UHGV virus genome: UHGV-1359728
From: a virus
DNA: 14,383 bases
Direction: 5' to 3' (one strand)
Each line of letters opens with the position of its first letter. Position 1 is the first letter of the stretch. A program made the position numbers and the translations under genes. Shown one piece after another: positions 14,338-14,383 of this stretch. The notes under the pieces are model-generated. The model ran no database searches, had not been told where the DNA came from, and was given only the letters and a program-made list of their open reading frames with translations.

Positions 14338-14352
14338 TGGCGGTTTTTTATT
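14329..14352 (+). terminator. Rho-independent terminator overlapping the stop of the 55-aa gene
   Basis: Stem CCGCC/GGCGG with loop TGAT (the stop codon is in the loop), followed by TTTTTTATT. Confidence 0.6.
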
Positions 14353-14363
14353 GGAGACAAGAA

Positions 14364-14383
14364 ATGTCAGATTTGGCTATGAA
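14364..14383 (+). CDS. 5' end of a further ORF (MSDLAM...), truncated by the window edge
   Basis: ATG at 14364 preceded by GGAGA. Only about 6 codons are visible. Confidence 0.25.

Noticed and set aside
1-14383. Integrase, att sites, tRNA, rRNA or insertion sequences
   Set aside because: I see no recombinase or transposase-like ORF, no terminal inverted repeats, and no tRNA-like structure in the window. The window appears to be internal to the prophage.

Overview
This window reads as the early/regulatory core of a mosaic lambdoid prophage (enterobacterial, E. coli-like), with no integrase, att site, tRNA or CRISPR array visible. All calls are from reading the sequence and recalled family knowledge; no database search was run. 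Minus strand, left to right: a nin region (λ-phosphatase NinI truncated at the window edge, NinH, NinG/Rap, an inserted Rha/KilAC antirepressor, NinF, NinE, NinB), three small coupled unknown genes, a tR2-like terminator, a DnaB-type helicase, an O-like initiator carrying ori iterons, a cII-like activator and Cro. Plus strand: a P22 C2-type repressor, OL/PL, nutL, a phage-21-type N, then a PL operon with an AT-rich unknown gene, Ral-like, CIII-like and Kil-like small proteins, RecT, a Gp157-family protein, and Ea22-like, DUF551 and ASCH-like accessory genes. The best candidates for undescribed functions are the AT-rich gene wedged between N and its terminator, the three-gene cassette between the terminator and ninB, a terminator-insulated 55-aa gene at the right end, and an Ea22-like protein with a P-loop motif. 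None can be assigned a function from sequence alone.
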